Shown in pieces: positions 51,502 through 64,000 of a stretch of DNA of 64,000 nucleotides. The notes beneath the pieces are model-generated. The model had not been told where the DNA came from. It did not search any database and saw only the letters and a program-made list of their open reading frames with translations. The translations under genes were made by a program, and so were the position numbers. Where the stretch lies: positions 117,924,001 through 117,988,000 of the forward strand of contig OZ024740.1 in assembly GCA_964016885.1 (NCBI GenBank). Reading direction: 5' to 3'. Each line of letters opens with the position of its first letter. Within the stretch, counting starts at the first letter, position 1. Origin of the DNA: Eledone cirrhosa (lineage: Eukaryota).

Positions 51502-54230
51502 TTCTTCTTCTTCTTCTTCTTCTTCTTCTTCTTCTTCTTCTTCTTCTTCTTCTTCTTCCTAGGTGGGTTGTGGGGGAAGAGTGCTCATGCACGCGTTCCA
51601 ACGGATACTGTCATAAGCGAACATCTCGAGGCATCCGACTGGATCTCCAAACGAGACCAGCTGACCTCATGGATGTTAGCCAACCATCTTGGTCGAGGTC
51701 TATATCTGAATCTCCTGCCAGCTGGTTTTGTCCATACAACCTGTCCAGTGATCCTTTCCTAAAACATTCTAACCACAGGTTCCTAATATGGAACTGCAAT
51801 CTCTCAATTCTGAAAGTAGCAGCTCTACCTGGAGCGCCTCTCTGATCTCTTAGCTACGCACTCTATCGAGTAATGTTGCTCCAAATCCAACGCCTTAATT
51901 ACTTTGCCACACAAATTGTACCTAAATCTGAGTAAACTGATCTTTTGGGATGGATTGGTTAGCAATTGAAACCACAATTGTAAAATTAAATCCTCGAAAA
52001 TAGTTCATTTTTCGCCCACTTATTCCTCTGAGGGTCGTGGGGGCAGAGTCGTCAAAGACTCCGTCCAGCGGGTTCTTTCAGAAGCAACCATTACCAACTG
52101 ATCCTGATAGATACCCAAAAGACCAGCTAGGTTCATGGATGTTATCCAACCATCTTGCTCAGGGTTTACACCTGGGTCTTATGGTGGTTGGCTTTGCCCG
52201 TAAAATATGTCCAGCGATTTCTACCGAGATATTTTAACCACAAGCCTATAGTACCGAAGCCTTGAGATGCTTGCACTGCACAGGCTTCCTTGAGAAGACT
52301 AGTGACGCAGTTTTCGCAGGACTGATTTTCCTTCCAGCCATGCAGCACTCGGCATCAAGCCTATCATGTGCAAGTCGGAGATCACCTTTTGTCGATTTAA
52401 GTAACATCATGTCGTCTGCAAATTCCAGGCGACTGATTTTACACCCGCCAGTCATGATACCGCTTCCAACCCAGCTGCGCCTGTCAATCCTGTTCATGAA
52501 AATAATGAACAGGAGATGTAACAGTATGCAGCCTTGGCGAAGTTCAACTCCCAGATTGAATGGCTTCGATTTAGCATCATTTATCCGAACACAATACTGA
52601 GGCATTCGCATTGAGACATTAGGGCAGCAAGAAATTGACCACCGATCCCATACTCCTGCAGAACCTTCCGTAGCAGGTCCCGAGGAACGCGGTAATATAC
52701 CTTTTCGAGGTCTCTCTCAATTTCTGGAAGACCTGGCGCAGTGTGAATATTTGGTTGGCTGTCCTATTCATCAGCTAGCTTGGACTCGACAATCCCCCCG
52801 ACACATAGCAAAGAATTTACTGGGGAAATTTCTCTTCTCTCCTTTTTTGAAATTTGGGAATATCACTCCTAGGCGCATTTCCAGAGATCTAGGTGATTCG
52901 GCTCATTGGTGTCAGCCAGAGGATACCTGCTCTATTCAAGGCTTTTAACATCTTGGGTTGGATTTCAACTTCCGCAGCGGCCGTGCCAGATTTGAGCTCC
53001 ACCGCCTCCTGATGCACCTCGTGAACATTAGAATTATGTTCAAATCAGGTTTAGGAGATCAGCAAAGTGTTCTTTCCACCTCGAGAAAATACACCTCTCT
53101 GAAGAGAGGAGAAACTCAGACACCCTCATTATAGCAAAAGTGGAGGAGGACTTTTCATTACGAATGGTCTTCCAGAACAATTTATTTGTTGATCTGATGA
53201 CGGATTCCAGCTTAACCCCAAAGTCCTCTCATGTCTTAACTTTGATGCCTTTACTGTCATTGCAGCGGTACTTTATGCCTGCTTGTACCGCAAGTGCAAG
53301 AAGAAAGACTTATTTCCAAGCCAATCTTTGTAGGCCTTTTTCTTTGGTAGAATTGTATCATTGACCACTTGATTGAACTAAGGGGTCTTCTTGCCATCAG
53401 GCCTCTTTCACCCGCAGCATTTAACAGCTGAAGCAGAAACTACTGAGCTAAACAATCTCCACTCTGTCTCAATGTTCTCAATTTGCTCAAGAAATTCTCT
53501 GAATTTGAATGCAATATTATTTGCATACCTGGTCCTGATTTCCTTACTTATCAAATAACACTTCCCCCGTTATCCTGTAGGACGAGCTGGACTTGCCAGT
53601 TTTGTGGGCTTCTTTGGCTTTATCTAGTCACAAGTTGCACATAACCAGATAGTGATCACTTAACAGCTTAATCCCTCTCTTAACACGAACATCCAACACA
53701 GAATCGAAGAGATCAGACAGTAACAAATTCACTTATTGATCTATGTCCCGGAAAATGGTGTTCATAATATAGCGTCCATTGCTAGAACAGAATTCTAATA
53801 AGGCTTCTCCATTTGTATTTAGATCGGGATCACCGTTCCTTCCAATTACTCTTTTCCATGTCAGTTGGTCAGTGCCACCATGTGCAATGAAATCTCTCAT
53901 CAGGATATGACTTAGTCGAAACTGCATCAAACGCTTCAGTGACTTCATCACGGAAGGTTCTGTATTTGGACTCATTGTTTGGTGCATATACTTGCACCAC
54001 AAACAGATACCTATCTTTAAGCCTAAGCTTCAAGAGGAAAATCCTCCCTCGTAATAGGATCCTTTCCATAAAACATTCAAATCTACAGTATCCGAGTCAT
54101 AAAATTCAGTTAAGGAAACCCTGAATATGTCTAGCCGGTAGCCTCTAGCCTCCTCCACTAGTTCCTGCACATTATCTCTAAGTGTTGGGATGTTTCAACT
54201 TCCAATTGTCTGAGCCCACATTGTGGCCTC
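51460..54230 (-). mobile_element. RTE-type LINE(s): decayed APE-RT copy plus a second 3' end with (GAA)n tail
   Basis: GVELRQGCILLHLLFIIFM..LEFADD (52246-52611), VVQVYAPN and NTNGEALLEFC (53733-54069). 3' ends at ~52030 and ~51565. (TTC)n at 51460-51558. Confidence 0.8.
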
Positions 54231-55013
54231 GGGATACGCAATCTTTGTGCGTCCATTCCATGCCTTCCTAGACAGGGAGACTGCAATGTATTTTTCGAAC
54301 AAGTATCTACCTAAGGCCTGAATGCATCATTTACTGCAGTTCACTCAACTGAAATAATGTGTTATATGAGCTTAGTCACACACTGCCACACGCTGAATCA
54401 CTCTGAGAAGTACGTTAAGGTTACACATGTCTGTTGAATGCCCAACTACATGCATGCTGATTTGTCGGTCAGGTTATTATATTGATCGAACAAGAGAAAC
54501 ACATTTCGTTGGAACTGACGGAGTCCCAAATATTCTAATCTAAATCCTACCGTATCAAACTGACACTAAAGTTAAATACGAAGTAACATTTCTGAATAAA
54601 TTGGAAGGAATTTTAAAAATGATTTAAAAGACAAAATTTATTATTAATTGTTCATTATATGAACATATATCATTTTAGAGCAATGAATAAATAAATAGAT
54701 ATTAAGGTAAAACCAAATTAATAAACAGATTTCACTATAATTACTGGAGTTTTCCACCTTCCAAATATATTGTAATATGAAACTTTATGCTAAATCACGT
54801 TAGCAGCTATCATAATAAAAAGTAAAGTTAAATAGCATCGTCACTGTCTTAAAATTATCTTTTTATTGCTTCAAGAATGAAACAAAATCTGAATATATTT
54901 GTCACAGAAACTAGATGTTTTGATACCCATTAAATTTGGCTTTGTTTACATCAGACGCAAGTTGTTAGAAATATATTGTTTAGTTCAGAAACATGATAAT
55001 CAAATATTATTAA

Positions 55014-55150
55014 CGGCAGTATCGGTAGAGAGTCGGACATGCTTTCCACCGTAGTTACGTCCCTTTACGGTCTGAGTTCAAATCCCGCCAAGGTTAACTT
55101 TGTCTTTCATCCTTACGGGGTTGATAAAATAAAGTACCAGTAATGCACTG
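55014..55150 (+). mobile_element. SINE family A
   Basis: gagttcaaatcccgccaaggttaactttgtctttcatccttacgggg. Confidence 0.85.
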
Positions 55151-55727
55151 GTTAATCGCAATGTGAAGTAAAAGAAAACGTTGCAAACAATAGAGCCGTT
55201 CTGCAGTGAATCCCCTCTCCTCTTCATGGACTTCGTCTTTTATTATTTCAGAGTTGATAAAATAAGTAGAAGCCAAGAGGTGGGCTCATTTTAATTGATT
55301 GTATCCAACTGCTGTCAGAAAATAGGATTGAGGGTTTAACCTATTATAGAAACCAATGTTACAGAAAAGATTGGATACCGTCAATTTCAAGGTCGTTTGA
55401 TATTCTATACTGTTTAACTTTATATGCCTCTGAATTGAGTCCAGTGTGGATGTGTGGGAAAAGAAGTTGGCTTCAAAACCACGTGGTTTCAGACGCGATC
55501 ACACCATGTAGCACATTAAGTAAGTTCTGACCTAGCTTTAGAATAACATATGCATTATGAAGAAAATTTGATACATGGAAATGGCGTAGAGGTCCATCGT
55601 GTATGTATATATATATATTTATATATCCAAAATTAATTAAATTAAATTAAGGGAGTCATGTCCGAGACATGCGCCATATCCACCGTAGAATAAACTCAAA
55701 GATTCCAATGAATAGATCCGTGCATTT

Positions 55728-56327
55728 TATATCAATTAGAAATTGATTGACATATATATATATATATTTAAAATAAACACATGAAACAATCACAGGGGAT
55801 AATCTGTAAAGTGTGTAATCACACATAGCTAGGTAGGTAACTAATTAAAGTTTAACTAGAGCTTCAAATATTACCTTTTAAAAAATGATTAATCTTCCTT
55901 GTATATATTTCATTAAAGAAATATATTTCACCATTAATCCGTAAAGTCACAGTAGTCAAATTCCGTATCTTCAGCAAGGGAGAAGACGCTAGCATGTTGT
56001 TAGTAGTTTTAGAATTGCAACACGTGCGATGGGTCACTCCCAGATTTGCATTTGATGTGTAAACACAGATAGTTAAATCTTCTTCCTTGCTGAAGTTCCG
56101 GGATTTGACTACTGTGACTTTACAGATTAATGGTGAAATATATTTCTTTAATGAAATATATACAAGGAAGATTAATCATTTTTTAAAAGGTATTATTTGA
56201 AGCTCTAGTTAAACCTTAATTAGTTACCTACCTATGTGTGATTACACACTTTAAACATTATCCCTGTGATTGTTTCATGTGTTTATTTTAAATATATATA
56301 TATGTCAATCAATTTATAGTTGATATA
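55728..56327. repeat. Long inverted repeat (~255-bp arms, ~90-bp spacer) with hammerhead-like motif
   Basis: 55728-55986 is reverse-complementary to 56078-56327. Confidence 0.9.
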
Positions 56328-56771
56328 TATATATTTATTTATTTATTCATAGGTATAATATAAATGATATAAACTTCGGCCACAAATTACCCTTAAATGA
56401 GTGCGTCGAAAAAATATTATTACAGTATTTACTCTGCACGATATGCACAAGCATTTCTCTTGACTCTCGCCACAATAAATGCAGTTATAACTAGCGTTTT
56501 ATTGTTGGCAAACACCAATATAAAATAAGTAAGTATTTCTTTTCCTTCCAGCGCTGTAAGTTACATATGTATGGTCCCTTAACTCCTGGGGTACTTTTAG
56601 GGAACGCGGTATTGACCTATGGCGATTGTAGCGCATTGCTTAAAACTTGGTGGAGCCGATCTACTCTCTAGGTCTGAAAACAGCAGATTTCCTCCTGAGA
56701 AGAATAGAGAGTAAGATAATGGAAGTGAGAAAGAGATATGTTATGAAGAACTTCATGAAGTACTTGACTCA

Positions 56772-56870
56772 TAAGTTTTTATCAACCTGAAATGTATGAT
56801 AGACTAAGTTGACTTTGGCGGGATCTGAACTTAGAGAGCAGTTAGTCGAAACGAATACCGCAAAATATTT
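56772..56870 (-). mobile_element. SINE family A, diverged
   Basis: aagttgactttggcgggatctgaact. Confidence 0.55.
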
Positions 56871-58302
56871 TACTTAATCAACTTTCCAAACAAAAAGACG
56901 ATGTTTCGTTGTATCAAAAGAATCTACCATGATGGACATTTCAAGTTTTCTCCTTCACACCTTTCACAGTTGCATTAATGTAATGATTTTTCTATCTACA
57001 AAATATTAAATCACACCACATATACACCATACAACCAAAATAATACCTGTATAGATTAGAAAATCTTTGACCATGTTTTTAAAAATGCATTAAAATCAAT
57101 TTTTATTTATTCCAATAAGGTCTTTGATAATTCAAAGCAGCAATATAGCAATGTAAACCGAGAAGTGCGTTTATCACTTGATTCTTTTCACACATCAAAG
57201 AGATGAAGATAAATAGATTTGGCAATAGCATATAAACTAAAAACTGATAATGTATGCATGTAGATGTGTGCAATATATAATTTTACGATACCACCCAGAT
57301 GATAAACAGTAAATAAATGTTATCATTTTAAACACTAGAAACCAGAAGCTGGTTTAGAATAGAATATGCTGCAAGAGAAAAACATATTTGTTGATGTCCG
57401 ATATTATTACTTTTTTTATGAGAAGTAGATTTATTCTTTGTTGTTTTTTTATTTTATCTGAACAGGTTTTGTATGATTCTGGTCGTTATCAGCGACATAT
57501 AGTTTCATCATGACTTATCATAGTGGTAACGACGAACTGTAAATACAATACACAGAAAGCTATATTGTTTTGCAGAGAAATTAGAATTACATGTAATGCA
57601 TATGTTTCTGTGAGTGAGAGTATATAAATATATCCAGGTCAAAATATAACATGGTTACATATTTCACAAACGGGGAAATAATATTGTTGGTAAACAATAT
57701 ATCATGAATAGTTCCTGAAAATATCGCATTTCTGAAAATGTTCAATATTTATTGTGTTGCTGCTCTTAGAATCGTGATGTACCGAATTGAGAGGAATGGA
57801 TACTGATATTATTTGTACAGATTCCAATAGTGATTCCGATCATATGGTCACTTAACTGAATATGATTTATAGGCTCTTTTGGTGGATACTCTCTCTTGAT
57901 TATGGAAACTATCACTTTAGTCATCAAATCCACTTTTTGTGCAAGTGTAATGTATGTTAGTATTGGAGTATTGATGCATATTTGGCTCTTCTCCAGAAGA
58001 TTGTAAAACCGAATTAAGACGTGATACATCTAATGGACGATTTCTTTTTTTCATCCATTCGTATATAAAGCATGATTATATCAATTGCTGATGAGTTGTG
58101 TTACTTGTGTTTAGTTCCAAATTACTACGAATAGTTTAGACCTAAGATCAACAGATGTCCAGTCGTAGTCGTACCATATTTAGCCAGTTGACTGCATTAT
58201 CTCACGTGTCTTTACCTTTTTAATATTAGTATGTTACAATGTGTGGTAAACGTTGCTTCTATTTTTACCAGTCAGAATGATCGAAATTGCTGGCGAGATT
58301 AA

Positions 58303-58426
58303 TAATTGTTTCTACTTTTGGCACGAGGCCAGCAATGATCCCAGTGTATTACTGGTACTTTATTTTATCGACCCCGTAAGGATGAAGGCAAAGTTAACCT
58401 CGGCTGAGTTCAAATCCCGCTGAGGT
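58303..58426 (-). mobile_element. SINE family A with a small internal inversion
   Basis: The minus-strand body runs to ~58404, then tgagttcaaatcccgctgaggt follows in plus orientation. Confidence 0.8.
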
Positions 58427-59107
58427 GCATGAAATTGGCCACCACCACGCTTCAATATTTATCATAAAGAGGTACCGAATTGAGAGGAATAGGTACTGAT
58501 ATTCTTTCTATTTTATATCGCTTCTACGATATTCTTGGCAACAACGCGGCTAAAATTATATTTATTTCAAACGATATAGTTTACATTTTAGATGGCATAG
58601 ATGTACGAAATCTTCATGCATGTTAAGTTAGGGCTTTAACGCGGTTGAGAGCATCTAATACAACAAGTACATTTCACGTCCATTTTATAGAACAACCCTG
58701 CCACCAACGCCAACGCCAACATTGGAATATATAGGGATGATTGATTGACCATGGTCTATTGGGTATGCGTTACATAGTTTTAGAAAATAATGTATAAGCC
58801 CGTTTATCAGCATGGACCTAAAACAATTATAACCGCCAACCTAGAGATTAACTTCTTAGATTGTAGGCTTAACGTATATGCTGATACATATAGTTTACAA
58901 TAAACTAGACCAGCAACAAAGCTATTTTGACACTAACTCTCATAACCTCCTCGTTGTGTTTAAATACCGAGTCACCAACATTGGTAGAATAATCTCTAAA
59001 CTATTTCCTAACAAAAGATCTTCAAAAGAGTCGCTTCACGCTACGATATTGCTTTCTTAATGGATTAAAAGAAAACATTACATATGTATCTAACCCTCAT
59101 TATCACT

Positions 59108-59217
59108 GAAATCCCGCCGAGGTAACTTTGCCTTTCATCCTGACGGGGTCGATAAAATAAAGTACCAGTAATGTACTGGGTAATTGCTGGTCTTGTGCCA
59201 ATAGTAGAAACAATTAT
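59108..59217 (+). mobile_element. SINE family A, 5' truncated
   Basis: aaatcccgccgaggtaactttgcctttcatcctgacggggtcgataaaataaagtaccag. Confidence 0.85.
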
Positions 59218-59849
59218 TACTGAAGTGTGAACAGCCGGCGCAGTACTACCTAATTCCCCACTTCATACTCATTAACTGTAAAAGGTAATATAGCTGAACG
59301 CTCCATGTCACTAGTAGACCAACCACCAATAACTTACAAGAAAATTATTATCATGGACTAATGGAAATTGAGTTATTGCGGCTCTGCGAATTTGAAAATC
59401 CTTATAACACACAAATCAATAGGACCAACAGAAACAGTTCAATTACGTAGAGACAGTGATATATACCCACTAAACGATACTTTTCAAACCATGGCGGTAA
59501 TATATAAAATCGAATGTACTTCTACTAACTTAAACACAACGAAGAACAATACACTAACCACACAGCTTCCATTTGCTTCCTCTCATTAAATACATATGAA
59601 AAAGGAGTACATTTTATATACCTGGCACAAGGCATTATTAATTATGTACGGCGGAAAAGAACACCATACGGAATAGCATACAAATCCACTGAAATATCTA
59701 AATTCAGCAGTGGAGTAAAGAGGTATGAGTAGAACTAAGTAAGTTGTTCGCTATTCAGTAACATTGAGACTATCGTATTTTCAACAACTTCAGTGTATTT
59801 GCTAACTATTGTAATTTCCATGCACATAACCCCATATATAACCCATATA

Positions 59850-60113
<264 letters not shown>

Positions 60114-60138
60114 CTCCGGAGTAATGTAAAATAAAGTT

Positions 60139-60536
60139 AAATAAAAAGTCAAATGTTTAAAATTTAGCTTCGTTTATTACTGCTATATATATTTCAGTGA
60201 CAGACATCTTTGGCTGTGACCTCTTCAGGCAGTCCGAATTAGTGTGGTATAGACAAGTACATATGTTGTTGAGGTGTATAATATTGTCAATACTCTGATA
60301 TGCCCAGTTCATTGAGGAACTGGAATCATATTCCAGTTCCTCAATGAAATAACAACCCAACCAGGAACTGGGCATATCAGAGTATTGACAATATTATACA
60401 CCTCAACAACATATGTACATGTCTATACCATACTAATTCTGACTGCCTGAAGAGGTCACAGCCAAAGATGGCTGTCACTGAAATATATATAGCAGTAATA
60501 AACGAAGCTAAATTTTAAACATTTGACTTTTTATTT
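60139..60536. repeat. Foldback (172-bp arms) with hammerheads on both strands and a central hairpin
   Basis: Arms 60139-60310 and 60365-60536. A 19-bp-stem hairpin lies at 60308-60348. Confidence 0.92.
60442..60496 (+). ncRNA. Type I hammerhead ribozyme
   Basis: actgc-CTGAAGA-ggtcacagcca aaga tggctgtcact-GAAA tatat ATA-gcagt then AATAAA. Mirror copy at 60179-60233 (-). Confidence 0.8.
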
Positions 60537-60541
60537 TATTT

Positions 60542-60673
<132 letters not shown>

Positions 60674-61869
60674 TGCACACACTGATTCACTTTTGGTGGA
60701 GTAAAATTACAGAAGATAATCAGTACGAAGTTTAAGAGATGTGATTCTACAGGGTCGAAATAAAGCGAGAAGAATATTATGTGAATGCTTATGGGGTGTT
60801 ACATACACCAATACATTATCGAATAACCATAATCTATTTTAGTAATAAACCCAGTAACATAGAAATCAGTAGTATATAGTATTTTTCGTTAATATACAAA
60901 ACTGATACTACAGAAAGTTTTAGTGACAAAATTCACCTTAGTGTTTTTATGCAATCGGTAGATATTTAGATATTTAAATATATTTTGTCTCAGAATATTA
61001 GCTACATTTTAAGAATTTGTCTTGTAGTCCAATTATCTTTTACCTAATAAATAGTTTTAAGGAAGTCAAGGGAAGAAGGCGTTATGTGATGTTTTAAATT
61101 TCTACTCTAGTGAATAGGAAAGCAAATATATCTTATTTTATGTGAGGAGAGAAAAGAAGTATTGAAAACATAAAACTTAAATATCTTCTATTATATGGGA
61201 TAAAACATTAGTTATATCGTTTTCACGGGGAATCGGTATTATTTGGGGAATCAATATTATGGATATATGGTAACTGGAAAGCTGAAACCTAATAAATATT
61301 CCTAATATATCAATTAAGATATGCATGTATAAGCTGATACTATATTAAATATTTTGAATGCTGTCTCAATTTCTAATATTTTCACGGCTGTCAATGAACA
61401 ATTAAATTTTGCAGATGACACAATCTATATAATTGGCAACTATGGTGAAATGTCATAAAATATTACCTTATTATGAGATATGATGTTGCTTTAAAAAACA
61501 ATTGATATTTCTATTTCAAAATTCTTTTCAATACAGGCATTTGTCGTAACATCGAATGTCACCTAATGATTGATAATATTCAATTTAAAACTTCCATCAT
61601 ATGCAAATTCCATAGAATATAAAACATTTGTGCTGCTATTGAAATTAGAATTGTTATAGGTTTTAAAAATTGGGTAAATTACCCCTAAACACGGAAAAAG
61701 TGGCCGGGATTTGAGAGGTACAGAGATCGATTCTCTGAAGCGGCTGCATGCCACTTTGTCCGTCTACAAAGGTATTTCTACCCGATTTTCTAAAGTGGTC
61801 TTCACCTTCACATCTCTTCTGCGTGTTCAAGATTTTCGTCATTTATAAAAAAATATTTATATTAATATA

Positions 61870-63330
61870 TGACCATCATGTCTCCAGTCATTGGGGTGCC
61901 ACAGTCGACGCTTTCGCAGTCAGACGTCGCCACTGGTCTCTATTCTTCGTCATGTGTAGAAGGGTCTTGGTGTTGTGACCAGTCCAGTCATTGATTTTGT
62001 CAAATCAGGATTTTCTTTGTCTGCCTCCACTTAACCCTTCCTAGGTCAGAGTGGATCCTAGGCACTTGAAGGCGTCGATTTCTTCATGTCTCTTTCCGTT
62101 CAGCATGATGCTGGTTGATAGTTGATATATTCTGATTATTACTATTAACCAGAATCTTGCTTTTTTCTGAGATGATCTCCATTCCGTATGCTCATGATAT
62201 ATTTTCCAGCCAGGTAGTGGGCTCTCGGAGTTCTGCTTCATTGCTTCCTAAGAGGTCAATGTCATCAGTAAATTGCAGGTTGGAAATGGCCCATCCTCCA
62301 ATGAAACAGGGGTGTGGACGTCTTGCATGATGTTTTCCAGGACAATGTTGAAAAGCACTGGATAAAGGAGACACCCTAGTCGGACTGCTACTGTTGGCCT
62401 GAAGAATTCTCCAGTGGAGTACTACACTGTTTGAGTTGTCATAGAAGGCTTTAATTACTTGAATGAGGTCGATGTCAAAGTTGCAACCTTTGCTAACGTT
62501 CTACAACCCATCATTCCAAACACAGGCAAAGACGTTTTCAAACTCGATGAAGATATGATAAAGGTCAGATGTTGCAGGTGTTTCATAATGAGTAGGCTGA
62601 TGTTAAATATTTGTTTGTTGTACTTATTTTAGGCCTGAATCCTGCCTGTTCTTCTGCCTTTCTATTAAGACTGGTTAGAAGACTTTTTAACTATACCTTG
62701 CTGGTGTGGCTAATTAGGCTGATTGTTCTGTAGTTCTGGCATTTTTGGGGGGTGGGTTGGGGTGGGATGGAATGGGCATCAAAAGTGACGAATCCACTCC
62801 TTTGTTCCCCATATCTTCAGACATGTAACTGCCTGTGCCTTGACATGTTTTGGACACCGCTTGTTGTAGAAGCTCTGATGGAATATTATTGACTCCTTGG
62901 GATTTGTCCTCGTTAGGCATGTTGCACTGCCGGTTCGACTTCCTTCTGTAAAATTGAAGCATCCTCAGTTTCTTAGCTCTTATTGGGGGAATTGTCCGGG
63001 TTGTTCATGTTATGTCTGTGTTTGTGGTTATAAAGATCTTCGGAATACTCAGACCGTCTTTTGGTAAAATCATCCTCGTCTCAGAAAATCAAACCAATTT
63101 TGTCCACAATGGCAGTAGTGGTATGTTGCATTATTTTTATTAGCATTTTAATGTTTACATAGGCAGCCTTACTGTTGCCATTTTTTATTACAGTTTCGAT
63201 GATATCCCCTTCTCGTTCGCTTCCTTCATTATCTTCCTGAACTTACTCTTCACAGCATTGTATTGATATCTTGCCTCATGGTCTGTTAACTTGGTCATCC
63301 AAAGTCATCCCTTTGTGTGGAAACAATATG
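61870..63330 (-). mobile_element. RTE-type LINE fragment, decayed
   Basis: ISNLQFTDDIDLL, VRLGCLLYP.LFNI, FKCLGSTLT, KSQGVNNIPSELL. Confidence 0.75.
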
Positions 63331-64000
63331 CTGTCTATGGTCAGCTTGGGAGTGCTAGACAAATCAAGGAGGCAACACTAGTTATGTACTCACGAGCAGC
63401 CTCATAACTTCAAAATCTTTGGCAGGTTTTCTGCTCTGTATATCTGCTGTACTAGCGTCTTGGTGTCTCATATTGATGCTTTTATTCTACGTGTGCTGGC
63501 TCTGAAGTGTTTCTTGTCCGACCCACACATACACGTTAGCCGGGTGGAGCTTGACTTATCCTTATGGGATATTTGAGGCCAATCATCTGACGTTGGCTAA
63601 CAGGGCGCTTTTCCGGTGGCACCTAAACCTCACGTCAGTTTTATTGCTGATCGCTGGCTACCGGTGTATACGCAACCTCTCGTGCAGGCAGTGATGTCAA
63701 TGGCGGACCCTGAGACTACATGCATGATTCAATTAATGCTGGTTATGTTGTGCCTTTGGTTATGGAGTCTCCATATGAAACGGGATATGGAGGTGGAATT
63801 ATCCCTATTTCTGCACCTAAATAAATGTGCAGTCTGGGTAAATTGTCTCTTAGACCCGCACAGTTCATTTAAAAGTCGCCTGGTTGTCTGAATATGACTC
63901 TGGAGAACATAGCGTCTTAGAAGCAGGATCATTCCAGAAGCGAGTTGTTAAGGTTTCGTCAATTTTAAGTTTGTTGTGTCAGTGTCTATGTGGGTGCGTG

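Noticed and set aside
57766-58505. 87-aa ORF, an NYHFS peptide resembling GnRH-like peptides, and a ~33-bp direct repeat (~57779 / ~58472)
   Set aside because: No precursor context or splice support, stops in the relevant frames, and the repeat is too short to interpret.

Overview
Eukaryotic, AT-rich, microsatellite-dense DNA. The SINE families resemble those I recall from octopod cephalopods (inference). No intact host gene can be supported, and most ORF-track entries are microsatellite or antisense artefacts. The window is a mosaic of decayed mobile elements: four Penelope-like (PLE) RT and/or GIY-YIG fragments plus a possible fifth remnant, one of them near full length between 107-bp inverted repeats; a near full-length L1/Tx1-type LINE; R4/Dong-like and CRE-like RLE retrotransposon 3' ends; several RTE-type LINE fragments; a mariner; a non-autonomous Helitron; and about 15 tRNA-derived SINE copies. 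The most notable signal is not visible in the ORF track. About a dozen type I hammerhead ribozyme (HHR) motifs (stem I-CUGAnGA-stem II-GAAA-stem III-NUH-stem I') sit mostly inside non-coding foldback or tandem elements embedded in (TA)n tracts. These include a ~430-450-bp tandem, retrozyme-like array whose stem III shows a compensatory change, and two cases where an inverted arm ends at or next to the predicted cleavage site. All folds and alignments were done by eye, and coordinates of decayed elements are approximate.
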